Assembly (NCBI GenBank): GCA_964496765.1 | Contig: CAZCAP010000003.1 | Location: forward strand, 1 to 32,000 | Length of the DNA: 32,000 bases | Reading direction: 5' to 3' | Source: an uncultured archaeon | GTDB lineage: Archaea; Iainarchaeota; Iainarchaeia; Iainarchaeales; CSSED10-239 | Shown: in pieces, positions 8,917 to 17,712 of the stretch | Numbering within the stretch: position 1 is the stretch's first letter | How the letters are laid out: each line of letters opens with the position of its first letter | Notes under the pieces: generated by a model | What the model was told of the DNA's origin: nothing | The model's database searches: none | The model's input: only the letters and a program-made list of their open reading frames with translations | Made by a program: the position numbers and the translations under genes

Positions 8917-9822
8917 ATGAAATTAAAAACCAAGAATAAAACTAGTGTTAGAAAATCAAAACAGAAAAAACTAGAGAAACTAAAAAGTAATTCCTATTTG
9001 ATTTATCTTATTCTTATTTTTCTTTGTGTTCAAATAATTGGATTGGTTGTTGCTTCCTACTATTCAACTGCAGGAGTAATCAAAGGGGTATTAACGGATG
9101 ATCCAAACGATATTATTAATGCTCTTTTTATAATTGGAGAAATACTTGTTTTTACTGGTATTATTCTTTTGTTAAAAAGATTTTTTAAAAGTAGTAATTA
9201 TCTTTATGTTTTTGAATTTCTTGCATTGTTTGTGGGAATGGTTGTTGTTTTTGATGTTTTTTTATCCTACTTTCTTGCAATAATTATTTCATTTATTCTT
9301 TTATTTATAAAAAGATATTTGAAGGATAAACTAAAACTTAAGAAACTACTAATGTGGTATAATAATATTTTACTTGGGCTTGCAATTGCTGGAGCAGGAG
9401 CAATTATTGGTTTGTCTCTTGGGTTAATCCCAATCATTGTTTTTCTGGTTCTTCTTTCAATCTATGATATCATAGCTGTTTTTTATACTAAACACATGGT
9501 AACTCTTGCAAAAATGTTTATTAAAAAAAAGATTGCATTGACTTTCTCAATACCATCCAAGAAAAAGGTTTTTCAGCTAGGAGGAGGAGACATTGTTATC
9601 CCTCTAACGCTTTCAGCAAGTTATTTTTTCATATTAATCAAAAGTTTTTCTTTCTACATTTCAATTATCCCAATCATTTTTATTTGGGTTGCTTCTCTTC
9701 TTGGACTTATTTGGACTTTCTGGATTTTAAAAACAGGAAAAGCAAAGGTTATGCCTGCTCTTCCAGCTCAAACCCTTCTTATGCTGATTGTTGTGATAAT
9801 TAGTTATATTCTTCTTTTTTGA
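8917..9822 (+). CDS. Presenilin/signal-peptide-peptidase-like intramembrane aspartyl protease
   Basis: Multi-TM protein with the three family motifs: YD (LLSIYDIIAVFY), G-x-GD (LGGGDIVIP) and PAL (MPALPAQ). Confidence 0.85.
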   Translation: MKLKTKNKTSVRKSKQKKLEKLKSNSYLIYLILIFLCVQIIGLVVASYYSTAGVIKGVLTDDPNDIINALFIIGEILVFTGIILLLKRFFKSSNYLYVFEFLALFVGMVVVFDVFLSYFLAIIISFILLFIKRYLKDKLKLKKLLMWYNNILLGLAIAGAGAIIGLSLGLIPIIVFLVLLSIYDIIAVFYTKHMVTLAKMFIKKKIALTFSIPSKKKVFQLGGGDIVIPLTLSASYFFILIKSFSFYISIIPIIFIWVASLLGLIWTFWILKTGKAKVMPALPAQTLLMLIVVIISYILLF

Positions 9823-9888
9823 TTAATTTCCTTTCATTTTTAAATAGTTCCTACAATATATTATATAAGAACAAGCAAATGTGATAGA

Positions 9889-10341
9889 ATGAGTGAAGTA
9901 AAAACTAAACCAAAAACAGAACCAAAGGAATTAGATTTAAATTATAAGGAACTTCTTTCAAGAATTTATATGGCTCTTCCAGAAAGAACCACAGGAGATT
10001 CTCGTTTTGAGCTCCCTCAAATTGAATCAATTATACAGGGTAAACAAACTATTTGGAAAAACTTTAGTAAGTGCGCAAAGGATCTTAAAAGAGATCAGAA
10101 TCAATTGTATAAGTTCGTTATGAAAGAAATATCCACCTCTTCAGCAATTACAAATCAAACTCTTGTTTTAAATGGAATTTTTAATAACTATAAACTTAAT
10201 CAAATATTAACTAAATATATTAATAATTTTGTTTTGTGTTCCGAATGTAAGAAACCAGACACAGAAATTGTTTCACAAGCAGGAATCAAAGTTCTTAAGT
10301 GTTCTGCCTGTGGTGCAATAACACCATTACAAAAATTATGA
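9889..10341 (+). CDS. Translation initiation factor IF-2 subunit beta (aIF2-beta)
   Basis: YKELLSRIYMALP, RDQNQLYKFVMKE, LVLNGIFNN, and Zn ribbon CSEC...CSAC. Confidence 0.93.
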   Translation: MSEVKTKPKTEPKELDLNYKELLSRIYMALPERTTGDSRFELPQIESIIQGKQTIWKNFSKCAKDLKRDQNQLYKFVMKEISTSSAITNQTLVLNGIFNNYKLNQILTKYINNFVLCSECKKPDTEIVSQAGIKVLKCSACGAITPLQKL

Positions 10342-10362
10342 ATTTAAATTAGGATTAGAAAA

Positions 10363-10653
10363 ATGATTGGCAAAAAACACAATATAGGTGGCAAAAGTAT
10401 ATTTGCGGCCTGCGATAGAGAATTACTAAACAAAAAGATAGAATATGAAGATGTAATTATTGATATTAATGAATCTTTCTTTGGAAATACAGAAGTTACT
10501 AAAGAAGAAATCGTTAAAGCAATTAGAGATTGTGATAGTGCTAATGTTTTTGGTACCAAAGTTTGTAACATTCTAATCACAAACAAATTAATATTAAAGG
10601 AAAATTTAATTTATATTGGTGATGTGCCTCACACACAAATATATAAATTATAA
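10363..10653 (+). CDS. DUF424 family archaeal protein
   Basis: AACDRELLNKKIEY..DVIIDINESFFGNTEVTKEEIVKAIRDCDSANVFGTKVCNILI...IYIGDVPHTQIY is a typical DUF424 pattern. The neighbourhood (aIF2-beta, aIF1A) is consistent. Confidence 0.8.
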   Translation: MIGKKHNIGGKSIFAACDRELLNKKIEYEDVIIDINESFFGNTEVTKEEIVKAIRDCDSANVFGTKVCNILITNKLILKENLIYIGDVPHTQIYKL

Positions 10654-10672
10654 AAATTAAAGGTGAATAAAT

Positions 10673-11113
10673 TTGGAAAAGAAAAGTACAGGAACTGGTT
10701 TTGTTGTTAGAAGACAAAGAGTCCCAAACACTCAAAATCTAGAGATGTTTGGTAAGGTTATGCAACTTATGGGTGTTAATAATATTCAAATCATTTGTGA
10801 GGATGGAAAGGAAAGAATTTGTAGAATACCTGGTAAGATGTTTAAACATATTTGGCTAAAGCCAGGCGATATTGTGATTATTAAACTATGGGACTTTCAA
10901 CCAACCAAAGGGGATGTTGTTTGGAGATACATTGGATTTCAAACCACTCAGCTAGAGAAGAGAGGTTTACTAAATGAACTATATAAACATACCCATGATA
11001 CAATCCACCAGGATAATTATAGAAGTAATTATGGTGCACAAAAGGAATCACTTTCTGAAGAAGAGATTGAACTTGTGACTGATGATGAATCAGCTGATGA
11101 GTCTACCGAATAA
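10673..11113 (+). CDS. Translation initiation factor 1A (aIF-1A), TTG start
   Basis: NTQNLEMFGKVMQLMGVNNIQIICEDGKERICRIPGKMFKHIWLKPGDIVIIKLWDFQPTKGDVVWRY. TTG start preceded by AGGTGA. Confidence 0.93.
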   Translation: MEKKSTGTGFVVRRQRVPNTQNLEMFGKVMQLMGVNNIQIICEDGKERICRIPGKMFKHIWLKPGDIVIIKLWDFQPTKGDVVWRYIGFQTTQLEKRGLLNELYKHTHDTIHQDNYRSNYGAQKESLSEEEIELVTDDESADESTE

Positions 11114-11134
11114 CTATAAATTAAATGTTTGATT

Positions 11135-11881
11135 ATGTTAAAAAAATTTGAAATTGATAGTAAGATCCAGGGCTATGTTTTTGATGAAAACACAAAGGCA
11201 GCCCTCTTCAAGCTTGCAAGTAATAATATAATTGATTCCATTGATTCTCCCATTGCTTCAGGAAAGGAAGCAATCACTTTTCTAGGCCATCTTGAAAAAA
11301 ATCCAATTGTTGCAAAGATATACAAGATTGAAACAAGTAATTTCAAGAACATGAGTAAATACATTAAAGGAGATTATAGATTTCGGGCAGTTTCAAAAGA
11401 CAAACGTGATTTGTTTTTACTTTGGGCAAACAAAGAATACAAAAACCTAACCCTTGCAATCAGGAATGAGGTGGCGGTTCCAATCGTAATCGCCAAGGAA
11501 AAAAACATTTTGATCATGTCTTTTATTGGAGATGGGGAAATACCCTATCCACAACTAACTAAAGTTAAATTTGACTATGATGTGGTTTATCCACAAATTA
11601 TTGAAAACTATGCACGTCTGCTCTATGGTGCGAAAATTGTTCACGCAGATTTTTCTGCATATAACATTTTAATTAATCCAAGAACCCAGAAGATAACACT
11701 AATTGATATGGGCCAAGCAGTTGTTTATTCTCATCCAAAATCAAAAGAGTTTTTAAAAAGAGATATAATTAATATTACTGATTTCTTAAATAAAAAGTTT
11801 AAAAAACTTAATCTAACCTATGAAACTGTGCTTGATGATTTGAAAAAGAAAAAAGAAGAAATTTATGGAAGAAGTAATTAG
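11135..11881 (+). CDS. RIO-type serine kinase (RIO1-like)
   Basis: KEAITFLGHL..NPIVAKIYKIE, NEVAVPIVIAKEKNILIMSFIG, KIVHADFSAYNILI, TLIDMGQAV. The ORF track starts at TTG 11129; ATG 11135 looks more natural. Confidence 0.92.
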   Translation: MLKKFEIDSKIQGYVFDENTKAALFKLASNNIIDSIDSPIASGKEAITFLGHLEKNPIVAKIYKIETSNFKNMSKYIKGDYRFRAVSKDKRDLFLLWANKEYKNLTLAIRNEVAVPIVIAKEKNILIMSFIGDGEIPYPQLTKVKFDYDVVYPQIIENYARLLYGAKIVHADFSAYNILINPRTQKITLIDMGQAVVYSHPKSKEFLKRDIINITDFLNKKFKKLNLTYETVLDDLKKKKEEIYGRSN

Positions 11882-12446
11882 AGTTGGAAAGCAAAGGATC
11901 CCTGTGATTATTGGAATCAATGGTGAAACCAAGAGAGAAATTGAACAAAAAACAAAAATTAGTCTTGAAATTAATAGCTCTACTGGTGATGTGAATATTA
12001 TTTCTGATCTTTCCTACTATGAAATTCACCAGGCAAAGAACATAATCTCTGCAATTGCAAGAGGATTTAGTCCTGAACACGCCTATAAATTACTTGAAGA
12101 CAATTATTCTTTTGATGTTATTAATCTAACTGATTATGTATCAGATTCAAGAGGAAGACATGAACAGGTAAAGGGAAGAGTAATAGGAAGAGAAGGTAAA
12201 GTTAAGCAGATGATAGAAAAAAGAAATAATTGTTTCTTGTCAGTTTATGGTAAAACCATTGGAATAATTGCACCCGTTGATAAGATTGAAGAAACAAGAG
12301 AAATTATTGAGAAAATCCTATCGGGAGCTAAACACACAACCATTTTTAAAATGATTAAAAGAAATAGTTTTGAAGAAAAAGAAGAAGGTTCAAAACAAAA
12401 TTCAAGTGAAATTGATAATATTAATTTTGACGAAGAAGAAAATTAA
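11865..12446 (+). CDS. KH-domain PNO1/Dim2-like rRNA-processing protein
   Basis: Two KH-like regions (VIIGINGETKREIEQKTKISLEIN; GRVIGREGKVKQMIEKRNNCFLSVYGKTIGIIA) plus AIARGFSPEHAYKLL. Overlaps RIO1 by 17 nt. Confidence 0.9.
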   Translation: MEEVIRVGKQRIPVIIGINGETKREIEQKTKISLEINSSTGDVNIISDLSYYEIHQAKNIISAIARGFSPEHAYKLLEDNYSFDVINLTDYVSDSRGRHEQVKGRVIGREGKVKQMIEKRNNCFLSVYGKTIGIIAPVDKIEETREIIEKILSGAKHTTIFKMIKRNSFEEKEEGSKQNSSEIDNINFDEEEN

Positions 12447-12451
12447 AATAG

Positions 12452-12913
12452 GTGGAAAATATGAAGAAAGCAAAAAAAGCTGAAGGAACAGCAATAATAA
12501 TCACGAGAGTTTATTCTGTTTTGAATTGGATTGGAGCAATCGCAAGTTTGTTTCTTGCAATTATTCTAATTGTATTCAGTTCTAATCTCTCAAACATGTT
12601 GCCAGCCATTGGAATGGAATTTGGATCTGCAATATTTATTTTTATTGGGATTATTCTATTTGTTATTGGCCTTTTAGGAATCGCGGTTGCATGGGGTTTG
12701 TGGAAATATAAGAACTGGGCACGAATATTAACTTTAATATTTGTTGGATTTTCTCTTATTTCAACAATTATTGGGTTGATTAAAGGATTTGATAGTGTGC
12801 AAATAATTTGGTTAATTCTTGATGCACTAATAATCTATTTGTTTGGATTCTATAAACCAATTGTTCATTTATTTTATAATCCATTCCTTGCAAAGAAAAC
12901 AAAAAGAAAATAA
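12452..12913 (+). CDS. Small multi-TM membrane protein, function unknown
   Basis: About four hydrophobic segments, e.g. IGAIASLFLAIILIVF, AIFIFIGIILFVIGLLGIAVAWGLWKYKNWARILT. SD-like AGGTGG upstream. Confidence 0.7.
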   Translation: MENMKKAKKAEGTAIIITRVYSVLNWIGAIASLFLAIILIVFSSNLSNMLPAIGMEFGSAIFIFIGIILFVIGLLGIAVAWGLWKYKNWARILTLIFVGFSLISTIIGLIKGFDSVQIIWLILDALIIYLFGFYKPIVHLFYNPFLAKKTKRK

Positions 12914-12941
12914 GTTTATTTATTTTCTTTCTTTTTTATTT

Positions 12942-15134
12942 TTATTTATCAATAAGTTCTGCTTTTTTTATTGTTATGTATCCAGTGAACTCATTTTTAA
13001 GTACCCTACTATAGTCTTTAATTACTATTTTTTTCTTAAAGGTGGGCCCCGAAAGAACAAGGGTCTCATATTCCCCACCTTCTCCAGCAATATTAAATCC
13101 ATAGTGCTTTGAATTAATATATCCTCTCCCAAGCCCGCTCTTTAGTTTATTATTTAATCTAATTAAATCCTTTACTTCTTTTTCTTCAATTCTTTTATTT
13201 AACCATTTTTCTGATAGTCCATAGCCAGCAATCTTGCACATCACAAATTCAAATTTATTATCCACAAGCTCAAACAATTCCTGGTCCTGTTTTTTGTGCC
13301 AAAGAGGAGAAAACATACGAAGATTTAATTGATTACAAATTTTTTGAATTCTCTCTCTTTGATAATTACTATATAGCGCTCCAGAAATAACTCCCTGAAT
13401 TCCGTATTTTTTCTTAGCATCCTCAAGTGCAATTTTAAGATCCTTTAGCTCAAGCTCTTTTTCTCCTTTTGTTTTTCTAGTAATTAGTGGAATCTCCAGA
13501 GCCTCTGCCTGCAATTTTAAAAAATTAAGATTTGGTTGTTGGAACATGTATGAATCTGGGTTAGTTGGAATTATTGAAACCAGACAGGATATCTCATAGT
13601 TTTGTCTTTGCATAATATAAAGAGCGAGATTAGAATCTTTTCCTCCTGAATAGAGGCAAGCAAGTTTCATGTTCTTTTCTTTAGCAAAGGTTGCTAGATA
13701 GTCTGCCTTTCCTTTATATCTTGCTTCCTTTGCAAGCTTTTCAATGCCCTTATCAAAATTACTACCATACTGAGCAGCGGTTTTTTTTCGTTCATAAATT
13801 TCTTTTGATTGCCCAAGATTTTTGGCTACATCTCTCAAAACTAATTTATTGTCTTCTGTTTTTAAATTTATCTTGTAATCATCAATCAATCCTAAAGCAA
13901 ATCTAATCAAGCTAACATCTAAATATGGAAGTCTTAATTCAATTTCATTATCCATTGTGAGCACATCATCTCTATAAATATCATTTTCGTGCATTTGTTG
14001 TAAAAGATTTAAACTATCGAGCTGCACGTTATTTGATTCATTAAACCTAGAATACCCTGCAAATATTTCATCAGCTCCAAGACCAGAAAATAAAACTTTT
14101 ATGCCATCCTCCTTTGCCCTGGTTGATGCAAGATAAATGGGAAGTGAAACCCCAACTTTGATTGGATTGCTAGATTCAATTAGTGGTATTATTTTTTCAA
14201 GTAGTTTTGGAATTTCGTTGTAATTAATGAAAATAATTTTTAAATCTAAGTCCATCTCTTTTGCAATTTTCTTTGCAAACTCTAAATCCTTTGGCTCTCC
14301 AAAACCATCACAATATGCAAAATAGCAGCTGAAGTTTATTTTTTCTTTTTTTAATATATTTGCTAATATTACTGAATCAATTCCACCACTAAACAGTAGT
14401 CCTAACTTTTTTTCTGGAATTCTTTTTTTAATGGAATCAATCAATAGCTTTTCTAATTTTGTGCTTGCTTCTTCAAAAGTTATTTTTTTACTTGTTTTGG
14501 AAGGAGTAATGAATTTTCTATCAACAAACGCAAGTTTTTTTGTTTTAATATCATACCTAATTATTTTACTTGGAGATAATAATTCTATATTTTCAAAACC
14601 TAATTTTTTAAGTGATTTCTTTTCAGATGAAAAACCAAAACTTCCATCATTTTCATTATAAAAGAACCAAATTGGTTTTTCTCCAATAATGTCTCTTGAA
14701 AGAACAACATTATCATTTGAAACATAGCAAAAGGCCCAAACCCCATCCAATTCATCAAGTATCTTTATATTCTCTTTAATTGTATTGTTTTCTAGTAAAG
14801 CAAATAGTGTTTCTGCATCATTTTTTGTTGAATAATTATATTTCTTGTTTATTTTCTTCCAGTTATATATTTCACAATTTGCAACTAAGTAATTTTGCTT
14901 GTTTGCGAGAGGTTGATGGGTTAATGAAACAATTGAATGAAGAACATGCCCCATTGCACACCTGGTTTCTTTTATTTCACCTAGGTCTATGTTTTTTGGG
15001 TTTTCAAAATATAGTACTTTTTCTAAATTACATATCCCACAGAAATCCATTCCCCTATTCCTAATAGTAATAAGTGATTTTTTTGTTAAATCATTTGCAT
15101 TATCAATATTAAAAAATCCAGTTATACCGCACAT
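12942..15134 (-). CDS. Fusion protein: asparagine synthetase (glutamine-hydrolysing: class-II GATase + PP-loop synthase) with C-terminal Dph6-like diphthine--ammonia ligase
   Basis: N-terminal MCGITGFFNI (catalytic Cys2), ANCEIYN, LDGVWAF; first PP-loop GLLFSGGIDSVILAN and LFSGLGADEIFAGYSRF, ELRLPYLD; second PP-loop MKLACLYSGGKDSNLALY with Dph6 signature IAGEGGEYETLVLSGP. One uninterrupted frame. Confidence 0.92.
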   Translation of the reverse strand: MCGITGFFNIDNANDLTKKSLITIRNRGMDFCGICNLEKVLYFENPKNIDLGEIKETRCAMGHVLHSIVSLTHQPLANKQNYLVANCEIYNWKKINKKYNYSTKNDAETLFALLENNTIKENIKILDELDGVWAFCYVSNDNVVLSRDIIGEKPIWFFYNENDGSFGFSSEKKSLKKLGFENIELLSPSKIIRYDIKTKKLAFVDRKFITPSKTSKKITFEEASTKLEKLLIDSIKKRIPEKKLGLLFSGGIDSVILANILKKEKINFSCYFAYCDGFGEPKDLEFAKKIAKEMDLDLKIIFINYNEIPKLLEKIIPLIESSNPIKVGVSLPIYLASTRAKEDGIKVLFSGLGADEIFAGYSRFNESNNVQLDSLNLLQQMHENDIYRDDVLTMDNEIELRLPYLDVSLIRFALGLIDDYKINLKTEDNKLVLRDVAKNLGQSKEIYERKKTAAQYGSNFDKGIEKLAKEARYKGKADYLATFAKEKNMKLACLYSGGKDSNLALYIMQRQNYEISCLVSIIPTNPDSYMFQQPNLNFLKLQAEALEIPLITRKTKGEKELELKDLKIALEDAKKKYGIQGVISGALYSNYQRERIQKICNQLNLRMFSPLWHKKQDQELFELVDNKFEFVMCKIAGYGLSEKWLNKRIEEKEVKDLIRLNNKLKSGLGRGYINSKHYGFNIAGEGGEYETLVLSGPTFKKKIVIKDYSRVLKNEFTGYITIKKAELIDK

Positions 15135-15310
15135 AGATATAATTTAGTTTAAATGTTTTTTAAATAGTATGTAATTATTTAATTTATTGATTAACTAACC
15201 ATAACCTAGTATTTTTAAACATTATCTTTCTTCATATTATGTGATTATCATAAAACATACATTTTTTGTAAAATTTATATATTTTATTTATGATTAGGAG
15301 GTTTTTATAA

Positions 15311-17500
15311 ATGAACTTTAAAATTACTACGTATTTATTTGTTATTCTTGGATTGATTATGTTATTTTCTTCAATTTATGCTGAAGGAGAATGTAATCCC
15401 CAAACAGGACCTGCTGACGCAACCTGGTTAGAAGATAATGCAACCTGTATTTGTGTTCAAACAGTATCAATGAACGGAAATGGTGTTCAAAGCACATCCT
15501 ACATTGCAAGTTGTTCAGATCCTATACCAATTTCCACATCTGGTGGGAATTCGACTCAATCATCTGATGCTAATTCGACTCAATCATCTGATGCAAACTC
15601 AACTCAATCACCAACCACAGCAACTACTTCATCAAATGAGGACACTACTCAGTCTTCTGAGGAAATAGATGTTCAAGTAAATTCTGCATCTACAAACTCA
15701 TCAACAGGTGTTGGTCAATCCACAACTGAATGTCAAATCCAAATAAAAGAGTATAATAAAAAAATTAAAGATCTTTATTCATCACATTCATCTTTCATAA
15801 AAGAAAAACAAACAAACATAAAGAATGCTAGAGATGAAATAAATAGATTATTAAAAGAATATAATAATTGTAAACCAAATAAACAACAGGGTAGATTAGA
15901 TGAAATTAATAAAAAACCCACAATAACAGGAAATTTTATTTTAGGTAATTCAGTTTCCATAGAAAATGTGATTGGTTCAGATCAGGTAATGGCAATAACC
16001 ATTGCTGAAGCACCAACAGTTTCTGGAACCATCAATAATGATGACGAGCAATTTATCGCATCTGAGGATCTTGTGGCTGCAATTGATAATGAAAATAATT
16101 CATTTCTAACTTCTGTAGATGTTAGACTTAATACAACAGAGGGTGATGAAAATCTATCTACTGATTGTGTAGCAATTAAAGAAAAAATAAAAAAACAAAT
16201 GGAAATTATTAAAAAAAATCTATTAGAACTTCACGATTTTAAAGATCAAAATAAAGAACTAGTGGATAAGGTAAAAGAACTAATCAGAAACAGAAATCAA
16301 CTAATCAAAAATTGTATGGGTGTTCAAACAACCATAGAATGTAAAGTTCCTGAAGAATTATTAAATAAATTAAGAGAACTAGAAATAAAGATGTCTACTG
16401 TTAAAGGAGAAATAATTAGTGATACTGACGCTTCTCAAGATAATTATTCAGAATATACTAGTATCAAAGAAGAATACCTTGCAATTACAAATAAAATAAA
16501 AGTAATAAAGGATGATTGCCAAATCAGAGGTAAGGTGGCTAGTGGGCAAGATAGAATTTGTCAAGAAAAAGCAGATATAATCAGAAACATGGATGAAATT
16601 AAAAATGCACTTGAACAAACTACAAATGACGAAGAAGCCTATCAATTAAAAACAAAACTAGAATATTTACAACAAAAGTTCAGTGGGGTTATTTGTGCAG
16701 ACCCTAATTTTGTAGGTTCTAAAGATGAAGTAGCAATTAGTTCAATAAAAATTTCTGCAAATGCGAAAAACAATCTTAGAGAGTGTATAACTAGTCTTGT
16801 TGACAAAGCAGCTGTTGATGAAGAAATTGCAACTAATGCTTGTGCACAAAAGTATTCCCAAGAAGGCCAAGGATATAAGGAAAGAATCATGGCTCTTGAA
16901 CAAAAGATTGGAGAACAACAGGACATTATTACAAATCTAAAAGCTAAGATGTTAGGCATCCAACAAAAAATAAATAATGCAACATCTGAAACTAAAACCC
17001 AGTTTATTGAAGAAAATGCAAGTGATCTGAAAACAGACACCATTGCAAAAATAGATAGAAAAATAGAATCATTAAAGAAATTAATTGAAAACATAGATTC
17101 TTCTGATCTTGATGACACCAAAAAAGAAGAAATGATTGATTCAATTAATAATAACATAGCAAGTTTAAATAGGCAAAAAGAAAATATACAAAATTCAGAA
17201 ACAACAGATGAATTAAAAACTTATCTAACAGAAGCAAGAAATGCTGATGGGCTTGCAAACAGGGGTGCAATCATTTCTGGAATAAAAACCCAAACTATGG
17301 AGCTTGAAAGAATTATGAATAAATATTTCTTAACTAATCAGGATTATCAAAGTTTGAAACTAGAACTTGATGCATTAAAAGCAAAGATAGCTAGTATTTC
17401 TCAAAATTCATCAGATACTGAAATTAATAGTCTAAAAGAGCAATACAAAGCACTAAGAGATAAGATCATCTCATCTTCACAGGAGGTTGAAACACAATGA
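15311..17500 (+). CDS. Secreted, Cys-containing coiled-coil surface protein, function unknown
   Basis: Signal peptide MNFKITTYLFVILGLIMLFSSIYAEG, S/T/N-rich linker with three NST sequons in tandem, then about 600 aa of predicted coiled coil. Strong SD AGGAGG upstream. Confidence 0.85.
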   Translation: MNFKITTYLFVILGLIMLFSSIYAEGECNPQTGPADATWLEDNATCICVQTVSMNGNGVQSTSYIASCSDPIPISTSGGNSTQSSDANSTQSSDANSTQSPTTATTSSNEDTTQSSEEIDVQVNSASTNSSTGVGQSTTECQIQIKEYNKKIKDLYSSHSSFIKEKQTNIKNARDEINRLLKEYNNCKPNKQQGRLDEINKKPTITGNFILGNSVSIENVIGSDQVMAITIAEAPTVSGTINNDDEQFIASEDLVAAIDNENNSFLTSVDVRLNTTEGDENLSTDCVAIKEKIKKQMEIIKKNLLELHDFKDQNKELVDKVKELIRNRNQLIKNCMGVQTTIECKVPEELLNKLRELEIKMSTVKGEIISDTDASQDNYSEYTSIKEEYLAITNKIKVIKDDCQIRGKVASGQDRICQEKADIIRNMDEIKNALEQTTNDEEAYQLKTKLEYLQQKFSGVICADPNFVGSKDEVAISSIKISANAKNNLRECITSLVDKAAVDEEIATNACAQKYSQEGQGYKERIMALEQKIGEQQDIITNLKAKMLGIQQKINNATSETKTQFIEENASDLKTDTIAKIDRKIESLKKLIENIDSSDLDDTKKEEMIDSINNNIASLNRQKENIQNSETTDELKTYLTEARNADGLANRGAIISGIKTQTMELERIMNKYFLTNQDYQSLKLELDALKAKIASISQNSSDTEINSLKEQYKALRDKIISSSQEVETQ
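15548..15610 (+). repeat. In-frame 24-bp tandem repeat (2 perfect units, 1 degenerate)
   Basis: AATTCGACTCAATCATCTGATGC(T/A) at 15548 and 15572, then AACTCAACTCAATCACC. Encodes NSTQSSDA-NSTQSSDA-NSTQSP. Confidence 0.9.
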
Positions 17501-17709
17501 ATAGAAAACTAATACTTGGAACTATTATTGTACTTGTAATCCTAATTGTTATAATTATAGCACTTTTGATTGCGGGTCCAAAAACGGATGTTCCTACTGA
17601 TAATCCCACTCAAACAGATGAACTAGCAACTGATTTACAAAATTTAGCTTCTGGGGATACAATCCTTGATCAAAATTTAGCTTCAGATATTGTTGACATT
17701 GGAGAGTAG
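17497..17709 (+). CDS. Small N-terminally anchored membrane protein, coupled to the upstream coiled-coil gene
   Basis: MNRKLILGTIIVLVILIVIIIALLIAGPKTD... single TM plus acidic tail. ATGA overlap with 15311..17500 and SD AGGAGG. Confidence 0.8.
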   Translation: MNRKLILGTIIVLVILIVIIIALLIAGPKTDVPTDNPTQTDELATDLQNLASGDTILDQNLASDIVDIGE

Positions 17710-17712
17710 TAT

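Noticed and set aside
14431-15064. Plus-strand ORFs opposite the asparagine synthetase domain
   Set aside because: Antisense to intact GATase and PP-loop motifs; no independent support.
15548-15616. CRISPR-like or mobile repeat array
   Set aside because: Units are contiguous with no spacers, in frame and only 2-3 copies; this is a coding tandem repeat.
16448-17157. 171-aa and 65-aa minus-strand ORFs within the coiled-coil gene
   Set aside because: Antisense to a coding frame with signal peptide and strong SD; the hydrophobic composition is a by-product of the antisense of Lys/Glu/Ile codons.
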